From the NCBI GenBank assembly GCA_965203555.1, contig CBDBCY010000004.1, forward strand, positions 96,001-160,000: a stretch of DNA of 64,000 bases. Direction: 5' to 3'. The notes under the pieces were generated by a model that saw only the letters and a program-made list of their open reading frames with translations, did no database searches and was not told where the DNA came from. Position numbers and translations under genes: made by a program. This DNA is from Acidimicrobiia bacterium. GTDB lineage: Bacteria > Actinomycetota > Acidimicrobiia > Spongiisociales > ZC4RG35. Positions 1 through 9,662 of this stretch are shown here, in pieces (positions within the stretch are counted from its first letter, which is position 1; every line of letters starts with the position of its first letter).

Positions 1-854
1 TTTTTCATCCTCTCACTCTCGCTGCTCTGCGATCCTGTTCCTCTGCAGGAGGGGCGTTCGTCTTTGCCCATCAGCGCGGGTATGCCCCTGCTATGCGCTG
101 TGCCCGCTGTCGGAGCCTTCGCCGGTGCCCTGACTGCGGGAGCCGCGCCTCCAGGGGAGAGGCGTGTCAAAGATGCGGTACCACTCTGGGGGCGTGTCGC
201 AAGTGTGGGGCAGGTTTTTTCGAACCGCTGGGCGCCGGAGTAGAGCGGGTTCGAACCGAACTGAGAAAGAGATTCGGGAAGGATTGGGTGGGCGTGGTCG
301 GGGATGGAGCCCCGATTACGGTGGGCACCGAGGCTTCGCTGGCCGGTGTGGGGGTATTCGACTTGGTAGTGGTGGTGGACGCCGACGGCCTGTTCTATGC
401 CCCCCACTACCGGGCCGATGAGGAAGCCCTGCGAATCATGGTCCGGCTGGCCGGGCGATTGTCCCAGGGGACCGGTCGGCGGCTTCTGGTGCAGACCTCC
501 TCGCCCGGCCACCGGGTGCTGGCCGCGCTGAGAAAAGGGGATGGCGTGGCGTTCTTGCAGGAGGAACTGGACCGCCGCATCGAGACCGGCTTTCCACCCC
601 AGGGTCAATTGATGGCGCTTGAGATACGGGGAACCACGGCCGAGCAGGCGCTGGGACGCGTGGGGACCGAGATTGCCGGTCTGGAGGACCACAATGCCTT
701 GCTGCACGGTCCCGTGGAATTCTCATCCGGTGCGAGGTGGCTGGTGGAGGGAAGCGACTTGTGGAAAGTGAAACAACGGTTGCGTCCTCTGGTGTCCCGG
801 TGGCGACACAGGGGGCTGGTGGTGCGGGTAGATGTCGACCCTCTTGATTTGTAG
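1..854 (+). CDS. priA: Primosomal protein N' (3' part; 5' end outside window)
   Basis: RGYAP followed by CxxC zinc-knuckle motifs, C-terminal VRVDVDP motif; conserved priA-def-fmt order. Confidence 0.88.
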   Translation, partial: FHPLTLAALRSCSSAGGAFVFAHQRGYAPAMRCARCRSLRRCPDCGSRASRGEACQRCGTTLGACRKCGAGFFEPLGAGVERVRTELRKRFGKDWVGVVGDGAPITVGTEASLAGVGVFDLVVVVDADGLFYAPHYRADEEALRIMVRLAGRLSQGTGRRLLVQTSSPGHRVLAALRKGDGVAFLQEELDRRIETGFPPQGQLMALEIRGTTAEQALGRVGTEIAGLEDHNALLHGPVEFSSGARWLVEGSDLWKVKQRLRPLVSRWRHRGLVVRVDVDPLDL

Positions 855-868
855 GATTGGGTGCGCTC

Positions 869-1363
869 ATGGCCATCCTTCCGATTCGCATTTTCGGCGA
901 TCCCATCCTGCGCACCGTCTCTGCTCCGGTGGCGCAGATAGATGGTCGGATCCGCAAACTTGTGGAGGACATGATCGAGACTATGTACCACGCGCCCGGG
1001 GTCGGATTGGCGGCGCCGCAGGTTGGGGTGGGACGTCGAGTGTTCGTGTTCGATATCCAGGATGATCGGGGTCCTCGCACCGTCATCAATCCGGAGTTGG
1101 TGGAGACTTCGGGAGAGTGGGAGTACGACGAAGGATGCCTGTCGGTGCCGGAGTATTTCTGGCCGATCATCCGGCCCGCCCAGGCGGTGGTGAGAGGGTT
1201 GGACCTGGACGGCAATGAGGTGGAGTACGGGGGAGACGACTTGATGGGCAGGGTATTGCTGCACGAGTTCGATCATCTGAACGGGACCCTGTTGTTGGAG
1301 CGCCTGGACCGCGGTACTCGCAGAAAGGCGCTGCGGGCGATAAGGGAAAACGCATTGGGGTAG
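869..1363 (+). CDS. def: Peptide deformylase
   Basis: GVGLAAPQVG, EGCLS and HEFDH motifs; start at ATG 869 (MAILPIR). Confidence 0.97.
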   Translation: MAILPIRIFGDPILRTVSAPVAQIDGRIRKLVEDMIETMYHAPGVGLAAPQVGVGRRVFVFDIQDDRGPRTVINPELVETSGEWEYDEGCLSVPEYFWPIIRPAQAVVRGLDLDGNEVEYGGDDLMGRVLLHEFDHLNGTLLLERLDRGTRRKALRAIRENALG

Positions 1364-1392
1364 ATACGGGTATCCGGACCCGACCCCCACGG

Positions 1393-2313
1393 GTGGTTTT
1401 CCTGGGTACTCCCGAAGCGGCGGTTCCCTCTCTTCGGGCATTGAGCCGGCGGGTGGAGATCGGGTTGGTGATCACCCGGGGTGATCGTAGACGCGGCAGG
1501 TCTGCGGCCAAGAGCCCGTCGGACGTGAAAAAAGCCGCCATGGAGTTGGGACTGGTCACTGCTTGCCCTGAGAACCGGGACGAGTTGCATAAATCCTTGA
1601 GGTCGGTGGCGCCGTTTCGGATGGGGGTGGTCGTGGCTTACGGGATGTTGCTTACCCGCCCTATGCTGGACCTGGCCGAGGTGGGCTTCGTGAACGTTCA
1701 CTTCTCCCTGCTGCCCCGCTGGCGGGGCGCTGCGCCGGTGGCGGCCGCCATCAGAGCCGGCGATCCGGTCACGGGGGTGAGCGTGATGAGTGTCACCGAG
1801 GGTCTCGATGCGGGTCCGGTGCTGGCGGCGTCCCCAGTGGCGATACAGGAAGCCGACGACAGGGGAGGGTTGACCGCCCGTCTTTCCCATCTGGGGGCGG
1901 ATTTGCTGACCGGGAAACTGGAAGGTCTGATGGCTGGAGAGATAAGGGGAACTGCTCAGAAGGAGGAGGACGCCACCTACGCGCCGCGGTTGACTGTGGA
2001 TGACGCCCGGCTCGACTTCGACCGGTCAGTTATGGAATTGGCCCGGCAGGTGAGGGCCATGGCGCCCCGGCCGGGTGCCTTCGCCCAGTGGAATCAGACC
2101 CGGATGCGGATTCTCAGAGCGCGTTGGTCTCCCGCTCCTCCCCGGCCTCTGCAGGTGGGTGAACTGGTCCTGGCCGGTGGAGATCTGTGGTGCGGTGGAA
2201 GGGAGGGCGGCTTGATTCTGGATGGCATTCAGCCTCCCGGGAAGCGGGTGATGCCGGGAACCGCCTGGGCAAATGGAGTCCGAGGGGAGCTGGGATTTCT
2301 GTCAGCGGGATGA
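1393..2313 (+). CDS. fmt: Methionyl-tRNA formyltransferase
   Basis: FLGTPE, VVAYG, NVHFSLLPRWRGAAP, LDAGP motifs. Confidence 0.96.
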   Translation: MVFLGTPEAAVPSLRALSRRVEIGLVITRGDRRRGRSAAKSPSDVKKAAMELGLVTACPENRDELHKSLRSVAPFRMGVVVAYGMLLTRPMLDLAEVGFVNVHFSLLPRWRGAAPVAAAIRAGDPVTGVSVMSVTEGLDAGPVLAASPVAIQEADDRGGLTARLSHLGADLLTGKLEGLMAGEIRGTAQKEEDATYAPRLTVDDARLDFDRSVMELARQVRAMAPRPGAFAQWNQTRMRILRARWSPAPPRPLQVGELVLAGGDLWCGGREGGLILDGIQPPGKRVMPGTAWANGVRGELGFLSAG

Positions 2314-2343
2314 GGGCGCCCCAGAGTTAGGCTTGGGCCCGTC

Positions 2344-3030
2344 GTGATCCGCAAATACCGTGTTGCTCCCTCGGTGCTCGCTGCTGACCTGGGAGGCCTG
2401 CGATCGGCGATGGAGGAGGTTGCTCCCCACGTCGACATGTTCCACCTGGACGTGATGGACGGGATCTATGTTCCCAACCTGACTTTCGGGCCACCGGTGA
2501 TAAAGTGGGTCCGCCCGTCCGTCAGCACCTTTTTCGATTGCCATCTGATGGTTACCCGACCACTGGACCTGTTGGAACCTCTGGCCGAGGCGGGAGCGGA
2601 CCATGTCACCCTGCACACCGATGTCTGTCCCGATCCCAATGAAGCGATAGGCCTGGCGCGGCGCCTGGGACTGCAGTTCGGGTTGGCCCTTTCGCCGGCG
2701 GTTCCCGCATCGGCGATCCGTTCCTATCTGTCGGAATTGGACATGGTGTTGGTGATGTCGGTCGAACCGGGTTTTGGGGGACAGAGCTTCATGCCGCAGA
2801 CGCTCTCCAAGGTCGAAACGATCCGGCGCTGGATAGATCGGGAAGGTTTGGGGACGGCCCTGCAGATAGACGGAGGCATCGCCGAGGTCACGGCCCCTCT
2901 GGCCGCCGCCGCGGGAGCGGATGTCTTCGTCGCCGGCACCGCCATCTTCGGTCGGGCCGATCCTGTCGCCGCCGTGAAACTGTTGCGCCGAGTTATCAGC
3001 GATGGTCTTTTGGCGGCCGGCGCCGGTTAG
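2344..3030 (+). CDS. rpe: Ribulose-phosphate 3-epimerase
   Basis: APSVL, HLDVMDG, MSVEPGFGGQSF, DGGI motifs. Confidence 0.97.
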   Translation: MIRKYRVAPSVLAADLGGLRSAMEEVAPHVDMFHLDVMDGIYVPNLTFGPPVIKWVRPSVSTFFDCHLMVTRPLDLLEPLAEAGADHVTLHTDVCPDPNEAIGLARRLGLQFGLALSPAVPASAIRSYLSELDMVLVMSVEPGFGGQSFMPQTLSKVETIRRWIDREGLGTALQIDGGIAEVTAPLAAAAGADVFVAGTAIFGRADPVAAVKLLRRVISDGLLAAGAG

Positions 3031-3036
3031 ACCGCC

Positions 3037-4116
3037 ATGGCGTTTACCGTTTCCGAATTCCGGCGTTTGCTTCGCCGGGCGCTGGGATTGACCGTTTCGT
3101 CCTATCCCCATCCCAATCCTCGCGTGGCCGCCCTGGTGCTGGACTCTGACGGCAGGCAGGTGGCGACCGGCGTTCACCGGGGTCCCGGTACTCCCCATGC
3201 GGAGGTGGTGGCGCTGGAGAAGGCGGGCGACCGGGCCCGGCGGGGAGTGTTGTTCACCACTCTGGAACCCTGCGTGCACTTCGGCCGCACTCCTCCCTGC
3301 GTGGATCGGATCGCCGGTTCCGAAGTGGCGACGGTGGTGGTGGGCGCCCTGGATCCGGATACCCGGGTGGCGGGCCGGAGCAGGGGGATTTTGGAGGCAG
3401 GGGGAATAGAGGTGGTGGGGCCGTTGGCGACCAAGGAGGTGGAGGCAGCCGATCCGGGCTATTTTCATCACCGACGGACAGGTCGGCCGCTCTTCACCCT
3501 CAAGGCGGCGGCGACCCTTGATGGTTGGATTGCGGCGCAGGACGGGACTTCGCAATGGATTTCGGGACCCTCCTCCCGAAGCGACGGGCACCGGCTACGG
3601 GCTGCCGCCGACGCGGTCATGGTGGGGGCGGGGACGCTTCGTGCCGACGATCCGCGGCTGACGGTGCGGTTCCCCGGATACCGGGGACCCCAGCCCAGGG
3701 CGGTGGTGGTGGCCGGGCGCTCCGCCGTGCCCCCGGTTCGCAAGCTTTGGGCGCGGAATCCTCTGATCATCGCGCCCCGACCAGTTGAGAGATTTCCACC
3801 CCAAGACCAGGTGGTGGCCCCGGGAGTAGACGGGTTGGCGGATCTTGGGACGGCGGCCCGGGCCCTGGGTGAGCGGGGAATACTGGAGGTGCTGGTGGAG
3901 GGAGGACCCCGGCTGGCCGGGGCTTTGTGGAAGGAGGGTCTGATCGACCGGGGGGTCTTCTACCTGGCGGCCAGAATGGCCGGAGGAGAAGGATGGCCGA
4001 TCATGAGGGGGGTATTCGCAACTCTGTCCGAAGCAGATCAGGTCATAATTGAAGACGTGCGGAGGGTTGGGGAAGATGTAAGGGTGGCGTGGAGACGCCA
4101 AAAGGAGGAAAGCTGA
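3037..4116 (+). CDS. ribD: Bifunctional riboflavin deaminase/reductase
   Basis: PNPRV, HAE, TLEPCxHxGRTPPC, LVEGG motifs. Confidence 0.96.
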   Translation: MAFTVSEFRRLLRRALGLTVSSYPHPNPRVAALVLDSDGRQVATGVHRGPGTPHAEVVALEKAGDRARRGVLFTTLEPCVHFGRTPPCVDRIAGSEVATVVVGALDPDTRVAGRSRGILEAGGIEVVGPLATKEVEAADPGYFHHRRTGRPLFTLKAAATLDGWIAAQDGTSQWISGPSSRSDGHRLRAAADAVMVGAGTLRADDPRLTVRFPGYRGPQPRAVVVAGRSAVPPVRKLWARNPLIIAPRPVERFPPQDQVVAPGVDGLADLGTAARALGERGILEVLVEGGPRLAGALWKEGLIDRGVFYLAARMAGGEGWPIMRGVFATLSEADQVIIEDVRRVGEDVRVAWRRQKEES

Positions 4117-4709
4117 TGTTCACGGGGATCGTGACCGAGGTGGGTCTGGTGGCCGACTATGAGCGGACCGATCGGGGAAGGCGGTTGACAGTGAGAGCGC
4201 CGCAGACCACTGAAGATCTGCGGACGGGAGATTCGGTGGCTGTCAACGGCATCTGCCTGACGGCGGTGGTGGTCATCCCGCCGCACTTCCAGGTAGAGGC
4301 GATGGCGGAGACTCTGGCGCGCTCCAACCTGGGTGGGCTGGATCGGGGTTCCTCTGTCAACCTGGAGCGACCCTTGCAGATGGGAGGCCGTCTCGACGGC
4401 CACATCGTCCAGGGACATATCGACGCCCCCGGGGTGGTTACCCGTATCCAGACCGAGGGCCGAAGCAAGCGGGTCCGGATATCGGTCCCGGACGGTTTGG
4501 AGCGGTATCTGGTCTACAAGGGCTCGGTGGCGGTGGACGGCGTGGCGTTGACCGTGACCGCGGTCGGGACCGGTTCCTTCGAGGTGGCGCTGATCCCCCA
4601 TACGCTGGAGGTCACCACTTTGCGTGATTTGGAGGTCGGCGACACGGCTAATGTTGAGGTGGACATTTTGGCAAAATATGTCGAAAGGCTCTTGGTGTTC
4701 CGAAGTTGA
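4116..4709 (+). CDS. ribE: Riboflavin synthase
   Basis: MFTGIV start, GDSVAVNGICLT, VNLER, GHIVQGH. Confidence 0.96.
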   Translation: MFTGIVTEVGLVADYERTDRGRRLTVRAPQTTEDLRTGDSVAVNGICLTAVVVIPPHFQVEAMAETLARSNLGGLDRGSSVNLERPLQMGGRLDGHIVQGHIDAPGVVTRIQTEGRSKRVRISVPDGLERYLVYKGSVAVDGVALTVTAVGTGSFEVALIPHTLEVTTLRDLEVGDTANVEVDILAKYVERLLVFRS

Positions 4710-5923
4710 AATTTGCAACCATTCCCGAATTGCTCAAGGAGATCAGGGAAGGCCGCATGGTGATCGTGGTGGATGATCCCGATCGTGAGAACGAAGGGGA
4801 TCTGATCGTGGCGGCAGAGAAGATCACCACCAAGCAGATGGGTTTTCTGATCCGGCACACCAGCGGGATAATCTGCCTTCCGATTATTGGCGAACGGCTC
4901 GATGAGCTGGAGATACCCCTGATGATTCCCAGAACGGACCCTTCCGACCTGGGCACCGCGTTCACCGTGGCGGTTGACGCTCGCCACGGCGTCACCACCG
5001 GCATCTCCGCGGCTGATCGGACCCGGACGGTGCGTGCAATGATCGACCCCGACAGCCTCCCGGCCGACATCGACCGACCCGGCCATGTATACCCGCTCCG
5101 CTACCAGCCGGGAGGAGTTCTGAAACGCGCCGGCCATACGGAGGCCTCGGTTGATCTGGTCCGCATGGCGGGACTCTACCCGGCCGGAGTAATTGCCGAG
5201 GTGATGAACGACCAGGGGGAGGTCGCCAAATTGGAGGATCTGCAACGGTTCGCGGATGAGCACGGACTGTTGATCGGTTCGGTCGCCGACCTGATCGCCT
5301 ACCGGCGGCGCACCGAGGGAAAGCTTGTGAAACGAGTGGTGAGCGCCCGGGTGCCGACCACTTTCGGTGAGTTCGAGACGGTGGGATATCACTCGCTGGT
5401 GGACGGCCGCCAGCACGTGGCCATGGTGATGGGGGAAATGGGGGACGGTGAAGATGTGCTGGTGCGAGTTCATTCCGAGTGCCTCACCGGAGACGTGTTC
5501 GGCAGCGTGCGCTGTGACTGCGGCGAGCAGTTGAGTCTGGCGATGTCCAAGGTGAAGGAAGAGGGCCGGGGAGTGGTGCTGTACATAAGGGGCCACGAGG
5601 GTCGAGGGATCGGGTTCTTTCCGAAACTGGTCGCCTACAACCTTCAGGACGAGGGGTTGGATACCGTGGACGCCAATCGGAACATGGGGCTGCCGGTGGA
5701 CTCACGGGACTATGGCGTAGGCGCCCAGATCCTGTACGACCTGGGGGTCAGGTCGATGAAGCTTCTCACCAACAACCCCGTCAAGCGAGCGGGAATCGAG
5801 GGCTACGGTTTGACCATCCGCGAGAGGGTGCCGCTGGTGGTGGCCCCCAACGAGCAGAACCGGCGGTACCTGGAAACCAAAGCCGCTCGCATGGGACATG
5901 TGTACAGCCCCGATCCCCATTAG
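4706..5923 (+). CDS. ribBA: 3,4-dihydroxy-2-butanone-4-phosphate synthase / GTP cyclohydrolase II
   Basis: DRENEGD, GHTEA, RVHSECLTGDVFGSxRCDC, LLTNNP; TTG start overlaps ribE stop. Confidence 0.97.
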   Translation: MKFATIPELLKEIREGRMVIVVDDPDRENEGDLIVAAEKITTKQMGFLIRHTSGIICLPIIGERLDELEIPLMIPRTDPSDLGTAFTVAVDARHGVTTGISAADRTRTVRAMIDPDSLPADIDRPGHVYPLRYQPGGVLKRAGHTEASVDLVRMAGLYPAGVIAEVMNDQGEVAKLEDLQRFADEHGLLIGSVADLIAYRRRTEGKLVKRVVSARVPTTFGEFETVGYHSLVDGRQHVAMVMGEMGDGEDVLVRVHSECLTGDVFGSVRCDCGEQLSLAMSKVKEEGRGVVLYIRGHEGRGIGFFPKLVAYNLQDEGLDTVDANRNMGLPVDSRDYGVGAQILYDLGVRSMKLLTNNPVKRAGIEGYGLTIRERVPLVVAPNEQNRRYLETKAARMGHVYSPDPH

Positions 5924-6076
5924 CGGTTGGGATCGGATGCAAAAGCGGACCCCATAAAGCAACCGGCAACTTGGGCATTGTCCCTGGTGTGATCATCCCG
6001 AGAAAAGGTGAAGGTACTTTTCTTCTGGCTTCCGGCTGTGAAACACTCTACCGGTTTCCATGTCCATAAGGACGCC

Positions 6077-6232
6077 TTAGCGGTAGTCCCTGGGGGGTGA
6101 ATCCTCCGATGGATCTGACGCCTTTCGAGGTGAATCCTCCTCCATGCCAAAAGGATTGGTGAGTACCCGGTAGATGTCCTCCTCGGAGAACCTCTTTACC
6201 GCCGAAGCGAGAATGAGGCGGGTGGAGGTCAA
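6077..6232 (-). CDS. Small hypothetical protein (51 aa), not in the supplied ORF track
   Basis: Open frame from TTG 6232, overlapping the upstream TGA (TTGA): LTSTRLILASAVKRFSEEDIYRVLTNPFGMEEDSP...; short, could be spurious. Confidence 0.3.
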   Translation of the reverse strand: MTSTRLILASAVKRFSEEDIYRVLTNPFGMEEDSPRKASDPSEDSPPRDYR

Positions 6233-6585
6233 GAAACCGAGACGGGCAGAATCGAGATGATTTCTTTGGCCAGGTCGACAGTGAGGTGGGAGACTATTTG
6301 TTCCCGCTCACGGTCCGCCATTCGAGCCAGGCGCCTGGCCGAGATGTGCGTCGGAATCTGAAGGATGTCGGCGATCTGTTTTTCCAGGGGTCGCCGGTAG
6401 AAGAGGGTGTCGGAAATGTCGGCAACCTGGTTGATCGAGTCGGCGGAGGGAGCATGGCCTCGGACATCCTCGGATGTCACCGAGGGGTCTTCAGATACAG
6501 CGATGATCGCTTCGTAGTCCGCTTTTTCCACATGCCGGAGTCTAGGACTCGAGCCGGGGGTAAGTCGGTCCGAATCCGCCGCCAC
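6229..6585 (-). CDS. Hypothetical helical protein (weak MgtE-N/FliG-like character)
   Basis: 118 aa ORF with plausible composition; start uncertain. Confidence 0.5.
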   Translation of the reverse strand: MAADSDRLTPGSSPRLRHVEKADYEAIIAVSEDPSVTSEDVRGHAPSADSINQVADISDTLFYRRPLEKQIADILQIPTHISARRLARMADREREQIVSHLTVDLAKEIISILPVSVS

Positions 6586-6696
6586 CCATTTTTGGGATGA
6601 TCCTCGCCCGCCTGGCCGTCACTGGACCTCCAGGAGTCATTGGGAGGGACTGTCCCCGGTGACCACACCGGGTTTGGCCGTCTGTCTCGAATTTGG

Positions 6697-8241
6697 TTAT
6701 CTGCGGAGAACTTCGCCGGCGCTGCTGTGCGCAAGATTTCCTGCGTCGATAGCGGCTTTTCCGTTTACGAATACGTAGTGCATTCCGACCGCGTTGGAGC
6801 GGGGATCCTCGAACGTGGCCCGGTCCTCGATCCGTTCAGGGTCGAACACGGCCAGGTCGGCAATTGCGCCCGGTCGTACCGTTCCCCGATCCGACAGGCC
6901 GTACCGGACGGCGGGCATACCGGTCATTCGCCTGATGGCGTCCGGAAAGTCCAACCAACCTTTCTCCCGCACCAGGTGTGACAGCACCCGGGCGTGGGCG
7001 CCGAAACCTCTCGGGTGGGGGTAGCTTCCCCGGTAAAGACCGTCGGAGCCAACCATCCCCAGTGGATGGGTCATGGCGCGGCGCAGCTTGTTCTCATCGT
7101 TCCAGCGGTACACCATGAGCACTCGCATCCGGCATTCCACCAGCAGCCGGCACACCGTCTCCGCCAGGGTTCTCCCGACCGGGCCGACGGCGTCGATCAG
7201 CGGACGACCCTCCAGGTACTTGTACGGGCCGTCCGGCAGCGAGGAAAAGAAAGCGTCCCGGGGCCGGGAGACGTAGGCGCCGAAGAATCTGTCGATAGCA
7301 GGCGCCACCTTGGATTGAACCCGTGGGTCCGCCAGCAATTCGATCACCTGGTCGGGAGGTCCCTGGTCTACCCACGGGGGTAGGCAAAAGGCCAGGTGGC
7401 TGCTGGCCGCCATGTACGGGTAGGCGTCGAATGTGACGTCAATGCCCTCGTCTCGGGCGTCCACCAGTTCCTGGTAGAGCTGTTCGGAACCGAACAGATG
7501 GGAGATGTGCACCGGTATCTGTGCCCGGCGGGCGACCTGAAGTGCTTCGCGGACGCCGTATGCCACATCGCCCCGGATGCCCCGGACATGGGAGGTATAG
7601 ATCCCATCGTATTCGGCCGCCGTTTCGGCCACCGCTACCAGTTCCTCCGTGCTCGAATGTCCGGAGGGAAAATAGTCGAGACCGGTCTGAATACCGGAAG
7701 CGCCTTCCTCCATGACCTGGCGGGTAAGGAACTGCATGTGCCTGATCTCCGCCGGGGACGCCGGGCGGGGGTCCCATCCCACCGCCTCGGCCCGGACCGC
7801 GTTGAAACCCACCTGGGGGACCAAGTTGATGCCGATCCTCCCCTCGAACATCGCCAGGTATCCGGCCGGGTCGGACCACTCCCAGTCTTTCTCTGGGGCG
7901 CCGTTGAACACCTCCAGGTAGGCCTGGACCTGGGCCAGGCGTGGCGGCGACAGCGGTGTGTATGCGAAGCCGTCGGGCGCCATGAGATCGGTGGTGATCC
8001 CCTGACGGAGACGGGCCTCCAGATCGTCGCCACGCAGCAACGAGAACTCGGAGTGGGAATGGACATCGATAAACCCGGGGCAGATCGACAGGCCGCCGGC
8101 GTCCGCCCGGCGCCGGGTTCGGGCGTCTGTCAGCTGTCCGACCGCCGCGATCCGCCTCCCATTCAGACCCACGTCGGCCCGGAACCCGGGGCGCCCCGTC
8201 CCGTCGAAAACAGTGCCTCCGGTCAGAAGCCAGTCAAACAT
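6697..8241 (-). CDS. N-acyl-D-amino-acid deacylase (D-aminoacylase family amidohydrolase)
   Basis: FDGTG, PGFIDVHSHS, HISH, HPRGFG, ADLAVFDP; start MFDWLL at 8241. Confidence 0.9.
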   Translation of the reverse strand: MFDWLLTGGTVFDGTGRPGFRADVGLNGRRIAAVGQLTDARTRRRADAGGLSICPGFIDVHSHSEFSLLRGDDLEARLRQGITTDLMAPDGFAYTPLSPPRLAQVQAYLEVFNGAPEKDWEWSDPAGYLAMFEGRIGINLVPQVGFNAVRAEAVGWDPRPASPAEIRHMQFLTRQVMEEGASGIQTGLDYFPSGHSSTEELVAVAETAAEYDGIYTSHVRGIRGDVAYGVREALQVARRAQIPVHISHLFGSEQLYQELVDARDEGIDVTFDAYPYMAASSHLAFCLPPWVDQGPPDQVIELLADPRVQSKVAPAIDRFFGAYVSRPRDAFFSSLPDGPYKYLEGRPLIDAVGPVGRTLAETVCRLLVECRMRVLMVYRWNDENKLRRAMTHPLGMVGSDGLYRGSYPHPRGFGAHARVLSHLVREKGWLDFPDAIRRMTGMPAVRYGLSDRGTVRPGAIADLAVFDPERIEDRATFEDPRSNAVGMHYVFVNGKAAIDAGNLAHSSAGEVLRR

Positions 8242-8318
8242 TGCGGACCCTTGGTGTGACGCTTCACGGCGCCGATAGTACTTGAGAACCGGCCTTGCCG
8301 AAGCCCGGTGCGGCAGGC

Positions 8319-9458
8319 TCAGAGAGTGATGACCAGTTTGCCGACATGGTTCTTGGCCAAGAACGCCTCCTGTGCTGCGTGGATCTCCGATAGGGGGTAG
8401 CAATCGCCCACCACCGCCCGGACCGAGCCTGTCTCGATGTAACCCACCAAGTCCGAGAAGACCGCAGGCTCATAGACGGTTGCACCATGGAGGCTCAAGT
8501 CCTTCAGATACAGCGTGCGCAGATCCAGTTTCGCCATCGGCCCGGCTATCGCCCCGGAAGTGACGTACCTTCCTCCATGCCGCAGCGCTTCGAGCCAACC
8601 CCCGAAGTCGCCGCCTCCCACAACATCGGCCACCACGTGGAAAGGACCCCCGTTGGCTGCCGCAGCAGCCTCCGGGACCCGGCCGTCCTGTCGAACCACG
8701 ACATGATCTGCGCCGAGCTTTGCCACCTCGTCCAACTTGGATCTGCTGGTAACGGCTACCACGCGGGCGCCGCGAACCTTGGCAAGTTGCACCAAGGCGC
8801 TGCCCACCCCGCCGGAGGCGCCCGGCACGGCAACCGTCTCTCGGCGCCGGAGTTCGGCGCGCTGGAGCATGTGTTCGGCAGTTGACCATGAGCAGGGGAA
8901 AGCCGCCAGTTCCTCATCCGGGATATCGGTGGAGATCGGATATGCGTTCTCGCCGGGAACCGCGCAGAACTCGGCGAAGCCACCGTCCAGTTCGCTTCCC
9001 AGGTAGCCGGCAAAGTAGGGGTTGTCGGGGCGGCGCCTATCCCGCAGGCAGGGATCGACCATCACCCGGCGCCCCATGAGATCGACGCGGGCCCCTTTCC
9101 CGACTTCTACCACCACCCCAACGACGTCGCTGCCCTGAATGCGGGGGAAGGACAGCCCTTTCCGACTCCAGCCCACGTCGCGCAGGTCGGCGTCCCGGTA
9201 GCCGGATTCTTCGGTGGCGGTGGTAATAGAGCGGCTGTACCAACCAACTCGTGTGTTGATATCGGAGTTGTTGAGACCGCAAGCGCCTACCCGCACTACC
9301 ACATCCCCCGGTCCGGCCCGGGGTACCGGCACGTCGTCCCGCACTTCCAGCACTTCGGGCCCGCCAATACCTTGCAGGAGAGCAGCTCGCATGATATCGG
9401 GCCCGACGGTGTCTTCACCTGGACCCCGGCCCGCCACGTTCTGTTCGACTTTGCTCAT
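8319..9458 (-). CDS. Medium-chain (zinc-type) alcohol dehydrogenase/oxidoreductase
   Basis: GLNNSD, PRIQGSD, GASGGVG NAD(P)-binding motif. Confidence 0.88.
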   Translation of the reverse strand: MSKVEQNVAGRGPGEDTVGPDIMRAALLQGIGGPEVLEVRDDVPVPRAGPGDVVVRVGACGLNNSDINTRVGWYSRSITTATEESGYRDADLRDVGWSRKGLSFPRIQGSDVVGVVVEVGKGARVDLMGRRVMVDPCLRDRRRPDNPYFAGYLGSELDGGFAEFCAVPGENAYPISTDIPDEELAAFPCSWSTAEHMLQRAELRRRETVAVPGASGGVGSALVQLAKVRGARVVAVTSRSKLDEVAKLGADHVVVRQDGRVPEAAAAANGGPFHVVADVVGGGDFGGWLEALRHGGRYVTSGAIAGPMAKLDLRTLYLKDLSLHGATVYEPAVFSDLVGYIETGSVRAVVGDCYPLSEIHAAQEAFLAKNHVGKLVITL

Positions 9459-9662
9459 CTTGACAACCGATGCTCCCTCGTGGACGCTCCCGTCCTTGCC
9501 ATGTTTCTCAGTGGGTTGACATGACCACCGGAAGGCTACCGGCGGCCACTTCCGATGACCGGAGAAATTCGTAGTCCCGACGGCCGACAGCCGGGCGCCT
9601 CCCGGAAGCCGGACAGATTAGATTAAAAGATCGAACCGAGATGTAGGAAGGAGCACGGAATT

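Noticed and set aside
2314-3036. FMN riboswitch upstream of rib genes
   Set aside because: ribD follows rpe after 6 nt, leaving no leader, and no RFN consensus is seen.
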